The translations under genes and the position numbers were made by a program. A stretch of DNA of 64,000 nt from the human T2T-CHM13v2.0 reference genome, Homo sapiens, in assembly GCF_009914755.1 (NCBI RefSeq), contig NC_060939.1. The stretch is one strand, 5' to 3'. The notes under the pieces are model-generated. The model was not told where the DNA came from. It saw only the letters and a list, made by a program, of their open reading frames with translations, and searched no databases. Shown piece by piece: positions 1 through 21,289 of this stretch (position 1 is the first letter of the stretch; each line of letters begins with the position of its first letter).

Positions 1-98
1 AATGCAATTTTAAATTTTATACCTCATTCTTCTTCCTTTAGAAGCAGGTACAAAAGAATAGAATGTCTTTTCCTTTATTAAATAATAAAATTTAAATT

Positions 99-835
99 GG
101 GTCAGGTGCAGTGGCTCATGCCTGTAATCCCAACACTTTGGGAGGCTGAGGCTGGTGAATTGCTTGAGGGCAGGAGTTCAAGACTAGCCTGGCCAACATG
201 GCAAAACCCTATTTCTACTAAAAATACAAAAATTTGCCAGGTGTGGTAGCGTGCACCTGTAGTCCCAGCTACTCAAGAGGCTGAGGCATGAGAGTCACTT
301 GAATGCAGGAGGTGGAAGCTGCAGTGAACCAAGATCACACCTGCACTACATTTTAATACCTCATTCAGATGTATCCAAAACCTAGAACTTTAGGATCATT
401 ACTAAGTACTCCTTATTCTCTTTCATTTTTCATAACCTTCCTATTGTAATTATAAGGTTTTAGAATTCAGTTTATCAACATAAGATGTAAAATGGGATTC
501 ACTTTCCCAAGTTCAAACATATACAGTAACAAAATAGCAAAAGAGCCGGGCGCGGTGGCTCACGCCTGTAATCCCAGCACTTTGGGAGGCTGAGGCGGGC
601 GGATCACGAGATCAGGAGATCGAGACCATCCTGGCTAACACGGTGAAACCCCATCTCTACTAAAAATACAAAAAATTAGCCGGGCATTGTGGCGGGCACC
701 TGTAGTCCCAGCTACTGGGGAGGCTGAGGCAGGAGAATGGCGTGAACCCGGGAGGCGGAGCTTGCAAGTGAGCTGAGATCGCGCCACTGCACTGCAGCCT
801 GGGTGAAGAGGGAGACTCCGTCTCAAAAAAAAAAA
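99..835 (+). mobile_element. Two sense Alus: AluS-like ~99-347 and AluY ~544-835
   Basis: Alu consensus; AluY-type GAGACCATCCTGGCTAACACGG; TSD AAAATAGCAAAA. Confidence 0.93.
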
Positions 836-1239
836 TAGCAAAATAAGCCAAAAGACTTTATGTAGTGCATTTATCCCATGAAATAACTATATTCCATGAC
901 TGGTAATAGAAATCCTACAAGATGGATGAAAACTTAATTTCATCAATTAATACAAAAAAATGAAATAATAGTAATGTTTCTGTTTTGAAATTATAAATTG
1001 CTATTTACATCACTGAATTTTCTCCTAATCTGCTTCAAGACAAAGAATTTTCTTTTTCTTTCCTGTATTAATCATTGAAGCTTAGTTTCTAATTAATTTT
1101 GGAGCATCAGAGCCTTTCAGCTCCTTGAATAAAGATATTGTTAAAATTCTAAGGTTTTGTTTGTTTGTCTGACTCAATTAATTGGATGCATTTTAATGCC
1201 AAGTTTCCAAGACACAGAGAAGACTTTAGGAAAGGCACT

Positions 1240-1240
<1 letters not shown>

Positions 1241-1283
<43 letters not shown>
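1241..1283. repeat. Poly(A)43 tract not attached to a recognisable Alu
   Basis: Direct read. Confidence 0.95.
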
Positions 1284-1285
<2 letters not shown>

Positions 1286-2089
1286 CAATGAAGCAGCGCC
1301 CCTTAGTGGTAGAAGGACAAAATTATCAGTACAGTAAAGATCTTGCTGAGGTATAACAATTTGTAAGCGCAAAATAATTTTCCCTTTAAAAAATTAGAAA
1401 GAGTTAAGTAAAACATTTTAGAGTAATCATTGCAAAGTGGATTATGGGGATTCGCAGGGCGTTTAGAAAGCCGAAAGGGAGTCATTGCATCTGCTGGGGA
1501 AAGTGAAAATCGAGGATTAACAGCCTTTAACATGTAGGAAATTAAATTATCCCTAATACAAGTAGCAGAGTAATCTCAACAGCCATTTGTCCTCCAATGA
1601 CTCTTTCACTGAGATGAAGTACAAATGAAAGTAAGCTGATTTTGTAGATATATGGGGTAATTTTAGGTACAGTATTTACATGACCCTTTAGCATCATTGA
1701 TTCATTAATATCAATACTCAGCAACATAAGACCTGCCAGCCATACTTTACAGTTGCAATCACTAAGGCTCAGGGAAATGAGGGAAGTGGTAGAGTCAATA
1801 CTTGGATGTCACTGTTTCCAGTTCTGTAACCCTGTAACTGGGTCCATCCATGGTCCACCACATAGAATGTACTCCATCCTAGAACTCTCCTTGTCTACTA
1901 GCTAAAAGGTATATGGCTGAGTCACTACTGTGTGAACTCTGTAGCCCAACTGCTTGGGTTCAAAGTCTGGGTTTCCTGTAATCCCAGCACTTTAGGAGGA
2001 CAAGGTGGGAGGATGCCTGAGGCCAGGAGTTTGAGCTCAGCCTGGACAACATAGCAAAACCCTGTCTCTACAAAAAAAACTTAAAACTT

Positions 2090-2120
<31 letters not shown>

Positions 2121-3369
2121 ATAAACAAACAAAAAAACCCTGGCTTTGCTTTACACTGAGTGTGTGGCCTGGGTAATCACTTCGGTCCTTCTCTACCTCA
2201 GTAGAAGAAGTAGCAAGACATTGTGTTGAGGATTAAATGAGAAAATACAGAAAGCGTTTGGAGAAATGCCTGGCACCTAGTCAAAATTTGAGAAACCTTA
2301 GTTGTAATTAGCTGATATTGCATAGATTGACAAATTCTCCAACGTATCGCAAACTTTGGGTTCTATTTAAACTCAGGATGCATTCCAGCTATCAACAATG
2401 GTGAATTACTTGGGAGGAGTAGACTTTGGATGGAAAGAGAGCTTCAACGTTTATACTTGGCATACTTCAGTACTGTTTGAATGTGTTACAACATGTATGT
2501 TGCACTATTGTAATTTTAAATAAATAAATACAGAATATTTCAAAGCTTGCTTCAGTAATCCACTCTGGCCCTTGGAGTTCACTTGCTGGAATTTCTTGCA
2601 CACATTTAACCCCCGTCCTCTTAGCCCTTTGCAAAGATGTCCCACTCCACCCCAGGCTAATTTTTTGATGAGACCTTTTGATTACAATCCAGTAGTTGCT
2701 GATGGCTGCACTCCAAGAGCACATCTGCCAGAAGTCATGTCAATGCTACAAACTCCTCTGCAGTGTAAGCACACTGGTGCTCAGCCTGAAGAGTGAAGTC
2801 ATGCACCAAAGAAAACAAGCCACAGTCACAGATTTCAGTCGGCAACAGAGTACTGAAAGCTGTCACAGCATTCTTCTGTATGGATGTCAGGCTGTCCATC
2901 TGCACTTGGATTGACAAGGAAAGGGAAAACTGAGAGGAGAAGCAACCCCCAGGCATCCTTCCCAGTGTTACACTGTAGCCCAGACCAAACCAGAACATGC
3001 AGGCCACTGATGCTCTCCCACCTCCTAGAGAACTGTGCAATTCAGAACTGCCCTAGAAATCTCGAGCAGCTTCTAGCCGGGTGTGGTGGCACACACCTGT
3101 AATCCCAGCTACTCAAGAGGCTGAGGCAGGAGAATCGCTTGAACCTAGGAGGTGAGGGTTGCAGTGAATGGAGATCTTGCCACTGCCCTCCAGCCTGGGT
3201 GACAAAGTGAGGCTCTGTCTCAAAAAAAAAAAAAAAAAAAAAAAAAACAAAAGAAAAAAGAAAACTGTAGCAGCTTCATGAGGACATTTAATATCTAGTG
3301 AAGGATTTTGGAACAAATAGCCCTACACAACTCTTGGACAAGTTCCTTAATCTCCTTTATAAAGAGAGT

Positions 3370-4065
<696 letters not shown>

Positions 4066-4603
4066 GAAATCACATATTTACACTGAAGAGTTGTGATAAA
4101 GATTAGAGATAATGTGGTGATATATCCTTGGCCTACGGGGTCATGGAGTTTGGGAAAGACACATCAAATATGAAAAGAGGAGAGCAGTAGAATGCCCAAG
4201 CAGAGACCAGATAGTGGGCTGAGCTGAAGTAGTCACAAGCAACAAAGGTTAAGGTGCTGGCAGAGCAGACTGATTCATTTAGGGATAAGGGATTTGAGCT
4301 AGGTCACTCAGGTAGTCACTGATGCTGTTCACCAAAGGGCTTCAGTGCTCTGCCCTTCAGGTCATGAGGTGGCACACACTTCCTGCCCCACCCACCCCTA
4401 TTGTGTGGTCAATAGGCAGAATTGAAATGTGTCACTTCTGGACTGAGCTTTTAATTGCTGGGATGAGACTCTCTGGGGGACTTTTTTCCTTTGCCAATGA
4501 CCACAGTCTGTGTTCCAGAGAGGGCCTGCTCTATCAGCCTGGGTCCTGGAAAAGGGCACAGAGCAGAGCCTCTTGGTGCCTAGGCAACATCTTGTCATTT
4601 TAA

Positions 4604-4943
<340 letters not shown>

Positions 4944-5023
4944 TTACCACAGCATAAACTGGCTTATTCTTACAAGTATAGACACTTTTTTTCAGGCAAG
5001 AGGCATCAGATGGCCTGTGAGGC

Positions 5024-5054
5024 AAACCAACCAACCAACCAACCAACCAACCAA
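5024..5054. repeat. (AACC)n tetranucleotide microsatellite
   Basis: Direct read. Confidence 0.9.
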
Positions 5055-5829
5055 CAAAAAGGCACTCTTGTCCATTTTAGCTCATTAGTTCCAAGAATTA
5101 AGGAATCATGCTTTTTAAAACATAATTTATACATTATCGCCAAAATGCAAGCAAAAGAAGTGCTTAATGGACCTTGAATTATTTAAAATACTAATAAAGC
5201 CAACTTTCAATAGAACTCCAGACACACTCTCTTCCTTAAAAGATCATTTGACCCAATTTGAAGAAAGTTTAAAGCTACCAAGTGCTAAAAAGCGATGTCA
5301 TGGGCATATTAGTATCTAATCAACACCCCCCCCCCCCATAACCTGGTATAATCAGAAATAAAAGAAAAATGAACGTGAGGGAGCTTTGAAGGGAACTGTG
5401 GTCAGCTGCCTGGAACATATTTATGTAGGGGACAAATCTGGCAACTTGACTGTCCTCTGGGCTGTCCAGAACTGACCTCCTGAATTAGGGACAGCCTCCT
5501 GCACTGCTGGTTGCCTTACAGGCCAGCTCTGTGCTGTTTTCCTAATTCGTGCAATTCCACCTCAGATCTCATTCACATCAGCTCACACTGCAGGGTAACT
5601 TGACATGGAAGTACAATGAGTGGGAGATCGTGGCTCTCTTTCATGCATTCCTGTAGAGTGACAAGAGCCATCCAACAGAGCATCCTCAGTTCTGCCTGCT
5701 TCAGCATCACAGGAAGTCTGATGTTTCCAGCCAGCTGGTTGAGCTGCCTTAACTGGAGCTCACCAAGCAGACTATAAAGTCTCTAAATGCAGGACCTGTA
5801 TTTTACTCATCTCTGAATAGCACGGTAAT

Positions 5830-6527
<698 letters not shown>

Positions 6528-7039
6528 TCATTTTATCTGCATTGTTTGATTATATAAGTACATGATAACTTCAATAGGGATACCAAAACAAATAAATAAA
6601 TTTTAAAAAGAACATGAAAGGCCAGGCGCAGCAGCTCACACCTATAATCCCAACACTTTGGGAGGCCGAAGCAGGTGGATCGCCTGAGACCAGCCGGGCC
6701 AACAGAGCAAGACCTGCCCCCCTCACCCTCCCATCTCTACAAAAAAAGAAAAAAACTTTAAAAAAAGTACATGTAATTTTAAATGAATATAACTTTTTAG
6801 AAATGTTCGGCTGGCAGGGTTGCCGGCTTATGTGCTGAGTCTTTTACCTCGTTTGGAGATAGCGAGAGCAACGAAGAGAAAACATTAATTACCCGGTATT
6901 AGTATTAATACGGCGGCTCCATTCCCACATGGACCTGGGGGGGACAAACAAAGTCTCCTAATCTTGGACAGCTGCGCCCAGCCCTTCTTCACCTGCCGTC
7001 CAGGTATCATCCTAGTCTTCCCTCCGTCTCTGGGGTAGG

Positions 7040-7960
7040 TCGTTTCCACCCCTCCGCCCTGGTCCAGGCCACTGAGGGAAGGGAAGAAACTAAGGCCGGG
7101 AGGGCCGGGCCCCAGCCTGGAGCGTGTAGCTCCGGGCCTCCCCCGGGCGCGGCAGTTACGGCGGTTCCGGAGCCGCGGCGCCTAGGGCCGAGGGGCGGGT
7201 CCGAGGCCGCGGCCTTGCCTCCGCCGCGCCCGCCACTCCGCGGCCGCCGGGAGACACGCCGCCATGCTGCAGAAGCGGGAGAAGGTGCTGCTGCTGAGGA
7301 CCTTCCAGGGCCGCACGCTGCGGATCGTGCGCGAGCACTACCTGCGGCCCTGCGTGCCCTGCCACAGCCCGCTCTGCCCGCAGCCCGCCGCCTGCAGCCA
7401 CGGTCAGGGCCGGGGCGGGGGCGGGGACGGGGCCGGCGGGAGCGGGCGGCCGCAGTGAGGGGCTGAGCGCGGCCGGGAGGCGGAGCGCCAGCGGCGGGGA
7501 CACGGAGGCGTAGGCCCCGCGGCCTGCGCCCGCTCGCCGGCCTCACCCCCGGCTCTCTGCCGGTGGGGACCCAGCGGCCCGGGTCCGCGGCTTCTGGGGC
7601 GCCCGGGACTCCCTTACTGCTCCGCCCTGTCCAATGGGAGGGCCCGACAGACCCGCACCCCATGCCGGAGGCCGGGTGGTTTGGCTCCTCAGAGGGGCCT
7701 GAGGGCGCGGAAGCCGAGGCCTCCTCCCGCCGCAACCTCGCGCCGTGGAGAAATGGGGAGGTCCCGAGCTGGGAGCCCCCGGGAGCTACAGGCCAGCTGC
7801 TGCCGCTGCGAAGCTGACATCGCCTGCTTTGCAGCCACAGGTTTCCTGACCTGCCCGCACTGTTGCCCCAGACTTTTCCCCCAGTGGAGAGCCACTTCAC
7901 CGTAGATTTGTGAACTCTCTGGGCCCGCACTGGAGCGGAAGGTCACGGGGAAGTTGGACT
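7040..7960. promoter_or_regulatory. CpG island / DIS3L promoter (GC boxes, no obvious TATA box)
   Basis: Very high GC and CpG density versus CpG-poor flanks; GGGGCGGG Sp1-type boxes near 7192 and 7412-7426; spans exon 1. Confidence 0.92.
7264..7402 (+). CDS. DIS3L: DIS3L exon 1 coding part (MLQKREK...AACSH; CR3 cysteines)
   Basis: Kozak gccgccATG at 7264; donor ACG|gtcagg at 7403. Confidence 0.96.
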
Positions 7961-8653
7961 GGGGACTCCTGGGCCCCAGTCCTTGGTTTCTAGGCCACAA
8001 GGGTGGCCGATAGAACGATGCACGTTACTGGCTCTCTTCCCCCATGGGAGGATGAGAATGGGCTGGGGGTCCTTGTCAGCGAATGTGTGGAATCCTCCAA
8101 ACATTGTGATTAAGGTGAACATTTCAGTTAGAGCTTGGCTAACCAGCTCTCAGATGCAGGTCTGGTGGGAAACCTCACCTCTGCACGTTGCTTGCACGGA
8201 GCATTTTCTCTGTTCAATCTTTCTGGCCCTTGGAGGCTGCTGAGCACGTGCAGAAGCTTGACACAGAGCCAACTTTAAATTGCTGGGCATCATACACAAG
8301 TGGTATAAATGTGGGGGTGCTTCATTTGAATGTGTTTGTCAATGATGAGTTAACACTGAAATATTCAGGTTATGCTGAAAATGTGCTTGTTCGTTGTTAA
8401 ATCAGCCATCCTCTCCGGCACCTCTGGCAACACCATAAACCACGTTGAGCTTGTATTTATCACAGCTTCCAAAAAAATGAGGGTGCTCAATATACCTGAA
8501 CTTTGGGCCTCTACCAAAGTAGATTTGTCTTTTAAAAACTCCCACCATGGAGTTAAGACTGGAAGTTATTTTGCATGCCAGAGCACCGTGACATTTAAAT
8601 AAACCAGGTTTGAAAACATTGTCTAATCTCTTACATTTTGAATTATGTTTCAG

Positions 8654-8807
8654 ATGGGAAACTCTTGTCTAGTGATGTGACTCATTACGTGATCCCAGAC
8701 TGGAAAGTTGTTCAAGATTATCTTGAGATCCTTGAGTTTCCTGAGTTGAAGGGAATTATTTTCATGCAGACAGCTTGTCAAGCTGTGCAGCATCAAAGAG
8801 GCAGGAG
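8654..8807 (+). CDS. DIS3L: DIS3L exon 2 (DGKLLSS...VIPDW...QRGR; PIN start)
   Basis: Acceptor tttcag|, donor GAG|gtatac; frame continuous with exon 1. Confidence 0.97.
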
Positions 8808-10177
8808 GTATACGTTTTGCATTCTTTATTTCTATATGGCATAGGTTCCCCCCACCTTAGAAAAGGTCCCTTGTCGGAGGGGGATGGGAGGAATTCATTA
8901 TTTTGTCAAAAGGGACTTTTAAAACTAATTTCGTATTCTCTTTGATAGTGAGGAATGCAGTAACATTATTTTATATTTCTGCTTCAACACCTGGCCAAGA
9001 GATCTGACTGTAGATTAGTAAACTGCAGTGTCCCCAGTATGTGGGTATTTAAGATTCTAGTGTGAATTGTCTTTTGGCTTGCATTTTTATAGTGGCAGGG
9101 TTATTGCTTATTTCTTGTTGATAATGTGTATTATTTAATCTTATTTATAGATACATTGTTTCAGAAGCATACGTTCTTTTCTTGGGGAAAAGAGTACTTT
9201 ATTTTTAAATTTTAGACTCTTTTATTGGGGATGCAAATTGTACTTGTAATGATTTATTCAATGAAACCAGAAATAGCTTGTTTTATTTTTAGATTACTAG
9301 TGTAACTACCAGCCATAGTCATTGTATTTGCTAAACAAAGGCTTTCTAATTGAACAAGTCTAAAATTCTTGCCTAGTACTTAAATGAAGAATAGCTGTCT
9401 ACCTTTTAAACAAATACTTTGAAAAACGATTTTGCTTCCTTTAATGTTGGGAAAGGTTTATGACTTGAACTTAAAACTGTATGGAAATAGCATATTAGAA
9501 TTATACGTCCAACCTTTTAACACTCTAAGTTATTTAATAAGCACCAACTATGCATTTATTCTTTTTTAAAATGTTGTGGTTTCTTCAGGCCTTAGTGATA
9601 AAAGATGAAGTGTTTTTATTTGTATATGAAAATGGCAAAAAATTGTCCTCTTATTATATGCTCAGTTCAAAAAACATACATTAACCAGATTGTGTGCAGG
9701 TTTTTTCAGATAGAATATTTTTAAATGATCTTCAAGTTGATTTTGTTCAGACACCAAGATATAGATGTTTATACACATCCAAATTTAAATGCTGCTCCAG
9801 GTGTCATATTTCAGTTTCTGCTACTAAAATCAATTTGTTGTTATCATTCAGATTGCTAACACACTGCGAGCCTTTTCAACTTCTGTTTTCTGAAATATTT
9901 TTAATGTTAAGGATTGTTTTAGAAACCAGTTCCTGGGACATTCAAAGACAAAGAGTTGGAATTTAAACGTTTTTTTCTCCTGAACATTTCAAGAGTAGTT
10001 AACTTGATGAAAAACTATTGGTTTTCCACTGCCTTACCATGTCTTTGAATATACTAAATGTGAAAACAAAAGATGAGGAGTTATGAAATAGGGCCATATG
10101 ATAACACCCTGATTTTGTTCGTTGGGTAAGCACTTTTTAAGCTCTTAGTTCCAGGCCTTGGGGAATAAAAAAGAAGT

Positions 10178-11873
<1,696 letters not shown>

Positions 11874-12469
11874 GATTGAAATTGTAGAATATTATGGTTG
11901 GAGAGATCTGAAAGGTCACATGATCTAACTCCCCATCCAGTACCTCAGTGTTCTCAACATGAGTGATATATCCATCTTGTTTCTAAAAGAAAAAAATCCT
12001 CCTGGATACCCAGTGTTATTTTCTTCTATTGTTATTTAAATGTGTTTAAACATAAATCTCGGTATAAGTCCTCATGTTTAAGTACTTTAATACAACCCTA
12101 GTGTAAGCTAAATAATCAAAGTAACAAAATCAGAAAACCGCAAATGAACATTATTCAACGTGACAGATAACATTGTTTTGCTGAAACAAAATCACCAGAG
12201 TTAGGTTTAACAATGGAAAGACACAGCCTTTAATCTGGTTATATTTGTAATAAGATTTCCTATTTTGACTTCAATAATATCAATGCAGAGAATGCTTGTT
12301 CTCATAAGTGTATTGCACAGAACAGTATGACTAATGTCAGGTCTTAAGTCGTTCAGGATAATCACATGTTCTGCCATCTAATAATCTTCAAATAAATGCT
12401 TATTTAATGAGGAGTCCCCCTGACAACTCTGTAAGGCTGTTTTGTCCACCATGTTCATGTGTTCACATG

Positions 12470-14230
<1,761 letters not shown>

Positions 14231-14240
<10 letters not shown>

Positions 14241-14334
14241 GCTCTTTTTTAAAATCTCTAGAACTAGTGATAGATTTAGGTACAATAAAGCTGCTCTTTT
14301 TTAAAATCTCTAGAACTAGTGATAGATTTAGGTA
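14231..14334. repeat. Perfect 52-bp tandem duplication
   Basis: CAATAAAGCTG...GATTTAGGTA twice, at 14231-14282 and 14283-14334. Confidence 0.97.
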
Positions 14335-14884
14335 TGTGAGATGGCGGGGAAGGTAGGGTCAAGAGTATCACTGAGGTTTCTGGCCTACATGACTGGATGG
14401 AGAGAGGGAACACTAGAGGAAGCCTGGGGGCAGGGGAGTCAAGGTCGAGAGTTTGAAGTGTCTCTGGGGCATCTGAGAGGGCCGCACTGACGCCAAATGG
14501 CAGTGCAGTTAGAAGGCAGTCGTTCAGATGGCCCCAAATGTACTCCATAAAAATGTTTTGTGAGTATTGTCTAATATAAATGGCAATATAAACTTGTGGA
14601 AAACTCAGTGGTGTCTGAAGGTAAGTCTGTGAGACCCTACCTGGGTTCTGCAAAATCCAGGTGATGAAACACATTTAGTACAGAATTCACTTTGTAGGTC
14701 TTTCCACTGGTGTGGGACTCCCACTTCTAATCCTTAGAGAGAACAGTCAGCAGCGGAAAGGGATGTTGCATCTGTAGGTAAGGTCACCACTGAATACAAA
14801 TAGTAAAAAAAATCAACCTAAAGAAGGTAGGTTTAACTGCCCCTCTGAGAAATTGCTTAAAACATTAAGATGATGGAGTTTTAG

Positions 14885-15151
<267 letters not shown>

Positions 15152-16479
15152 TGACCAGGCTGGTCTCAAACTCCTGACCTCAAGTGATCCTCCCGCCTCG
15201 GTCTCCCAAAGTGCTAGGATTACAAGCATGAGCCACCACACCTGACCTGTACTTGACTGTCTGAAACCATTGTTCTCCTGTCATTCTGGTCGAATTCGCT
15301 TAAGGCACATGGTGCTGTTTGCTGACTCCGTGCAGGATGTTCATCTATCTGGTCCCATCATATGCACTACAAAATCCTGACTAGCAAAAAATATGACTAT
15401 ATCATATGTATGCGCTATTAAATTATAACTGTAAGCCCACATGTCTACAAGCAAACCTGACTGTCACACTCAGAGTGATTCGCTGTTTGTTTCCTGCTTT
15501 CTGCATTAATATTCTTTTGCCGTTTGTTCATTTGTTTTATCTGGCTGATAGGTAGCTGACAAATGGAAGCTTGCACTAAAAGTCTAAGAAAATATATATG
15601 GGAGTGAAACTTAAAATTGAGAACATTTTTTGTTAAGTGATATATTTTTCTAAATATTAGGAAGGATTGTCATTACTCTAATCTGGTGGTAACCCCTGGG
15701 TCTGGCTTGTGGCAGACACATCAGTATTTGCAGAGAACAGAATTCAAGAATCCCTGGGTCTGCACGGTGGCTCACGCCCAGCACGTTGGGAGGCCAAGGC
15801 AAGAAGATAGCTTGAGCTCAGGAATTTGAGATCAGCCTGGCTAACATAGTGAGACCCTGTCTCAATACAAAAAAAACCAAAAAAATTAGCTGAGCATGGT
15901 GGCCTGCGTCTGTAGTCCTAGCTGCTTGTGAGGCTGAGGTGGGAGACCACTTGAGCCTGAGAGTTTGAGGCTGCAGGGAGCCATGATCGCGCTGCTGCTC
16001 TGCAGCCTGAGCAACAGAGCGAGTTCCTGTCTCAAAAAAACAAAAGCAAAAACAAAAACCCTGGGTCTGAAGTGAAGGTGTGAAAACAAATGCAGTGATG
16101 TCTATGAAGCTTAGCAAAAGGCAACGGGGCTCTGGAAATGTCAGTTTATTCAGGGGCGTTATTACCCTGCACTTGGATCACTGTTATCATGTAGGGCTGT
16201 GCATTCATTTGTTCATTTGGAAAGCATTGATTCAGCACCTGGGGGTAAAGCACTGAAGTAAAGCCTTACTGTCTGCTGTCTCGCACATTCCGCCCTGCTC
16301 TCGTCTCTTGGGCTCTTTGTCTCCACTCACTCTTATTCATCCTTCAGAGCTCATGGGTCACCTACTCCAGGAAGCCTTCCCATCCCTCCCATCTTCTCCT
16401 TTCAAGCACTTATCCCACCGAAATGGGTGGTTCTGTCTTATGTTTGGTTTGTTTTTGCCAAGTAGCATAGCTTTATTTT

Positions 16480-17010
16480 AAATTGTGGTAAAATGTACAT
16501 ACATAAAGTTGTCATTTTAACTATTTTTAAGTGCACAGTTCAGAGGCATTAAATACATATGCCTTGTTGTCAGCCATCACCAACATCTGTCTCCAGGACT
16601 TTTCATCTGTCCTAACTGAAACTCTATACCCCTTAAACACTGTCTCCCCTCCTTGGCCCCTATTCTGCTATTCTACTTTCCATCTCTGTGAATTTGACTA
16701 CTCTCAGTACCTCATGTAACTGGAATGACACAGTGTTTGTCCTTTTGTGAGTGGCTTATTTCACTCTGCATAATGTGTCAGGGTTCACCCATGTTATGGC
16801 ATGTGTTGGAACTGTCTTCCTTTTTAAATGTGAATAATATATTCCACATTTTGTTTATCCATTCATCCATTGATAGATTGCTTCCACCTTTTGCCTGTGT
16901 ACTGTGAGTAGTGTTGCTGTGAACATAGGTATACAAATGTCTGTTTGAGTCCTTGCTTTCAATTTGGGTATATACCCAGAAGTGGGATTACTGGATCGTA
17001 TGGTATGTCT
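16480..17010 (-). mobile_element. L1M 3'-end fragment
   Basis: Antisense L1 text (..ggtatatacccagaagtgggattactggatcgtatgg..). Confidence 0.85.
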
Positions 17011-17476
17011 ATTTTTCCTTTCTTTGCTGCAGACATGGGGCACTGCCCTATCTATGCCGTAGGACACTATTCAGATGCAGTGGGATGTCTAGTTGGTGTT
17101 CCCCAGGGCATTCAGTGCAGCACCCCTCACCTCCCCCAGCAGACCTGGCACATAGAAGCAAAGATTTTCTAAATGAAGGATGCTTAGCAAGAGAGATCAT
17201 TTGTAAACAAATAACTACAGTAAGTTCAGATACTTTGTAATGGTGCACAAAATATGATGGTAGGTAAAGGGAATAAAAACTTCTAGGGGACAAAGGAAGA
17301 ACAGGCAATATTTTTTCAATGTTTTCTCTGAAATAACAAATTGCAGATGCTTATGAAATCACTCCAAAAATTGTTCCTATTACTTAACAAATAAGTGCTC
17401 ATTCTTAAAATTCTAAGCATTACCGAACTGTGTAAGGCAGAAAGTGAAAGCCTGCCCAAACTGTTAACAGTGTGTA

Positions 17477-19900
<2,424 letters not shown>

Positions 19901-20489
19901 GAAGGATCTCTTGATGGACAAAACCTTAAAACTTTCTGTTAGTTGTCTGACAGATGAGGCTAGCTCTCATTTATGTAAATCAGGGTGGCTGCATAAATAA
20001 AATTCACAGATAAATCCCCAAACTTATTTACCTTACATGTTCTTGTCTAGGGCTGCCAGCAAAAAGTCAAATGTATTAATGCTTAATGACATTTATAGAA
20101 CAAAGTGAGGTCCAAAAATAAAGTGCTAAACTCTCTGCTTGCCTCCGTGCACTCAGGCTTTGAAGAAGGGGCTAGGCAGGGCAAGGTGGTATAATTACAT
20201 AATAAAATGGCTGGAAGTCTCTGAAGGGGAAAGGAGAGGGAAGGAGTTTAATTGATCTGCAAACTAATTAACTAGGCCCTGCCCAAGCACCTTCTAGCAG
20301 GCAAAATCGAGAAACAATAGCAGCCCGATAGGACTGAGCACACTGAGACCAATATAAATACATGTTCTTCAGGTTTAAAGTAATCAATCTTTTGCTCTAA
20401 AATACCCCATCCTTTTTTGATCCTTAGCAAGAGATAGCAGTGGATGAGTACCTGCTTTGTTAGAGTTATTTTTCTCCTCCGTGTCACAG

Positions 20490-20618
20490 ACAGTATAACA
20501 AACTGCGAAACCTGCTGAAGGATGCGCGTCATGATTGCATTCTCTTTGCTAATGAATTCCAGCAATGCTGCTATCTGCCACGGGAAAGAGGAGAGTCCAT
20601 GGAGAAGTGGCAGACCAG
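20490..20618 (+). CDS. DIS3L: DIS3L exon 3 (QYNKLRNLL...EKWQT)
   Basis: tcacag| and CAG|gtatgg; 129 nt, phase 2-2. Confidence 0.96.
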
Positions 20619-20980
20619 GTATGGCCCTGACTTGCTGCTGTTTTCACACTGTCGTCTTCTTTCATTTCCTCATCATTGGCTGTTTGGGAGTTGATCTAAA
20701 TAGTCTGCTAGAACAAACCAACAATTATTCTGGAACCATGATTAACACCGAAATGCTTACCATGTCAATATTTTAGATATATCATTTGAATATATAACTG
20801 ATACATTTTTTAAAAATTGCAGTTAGGAAGATATAGGTACCCAGAATATGTTTGCCCCAGACCCTAGCAGCTGTCAGGATCATTCCAGTGAACTAGAAGT
20901 CATAACTTTAATGCGTGTATGTATGGAGAAGGCAGAAGAGCTCCTTTTTTGTTTTTTTATTTTTTTTAATTTTTTTTTGA

Positions 20981-21127
<147 letters not shown>

Positions 21128-21130
21128 TAG

Positions 21131-21289
<159 letters not shown>

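Noticed and set aside
7007-7930. 307-aa minus-strand ORF and other long ORFs over the CpG island
   Set aside because: Non-ATG start, low-complexity R/P/G/A composition; long stop-free frames are expected in very GC-rich DNA. A divergent antisense RNA from this promoter is plausible but cannot be delimited from sequence alone.
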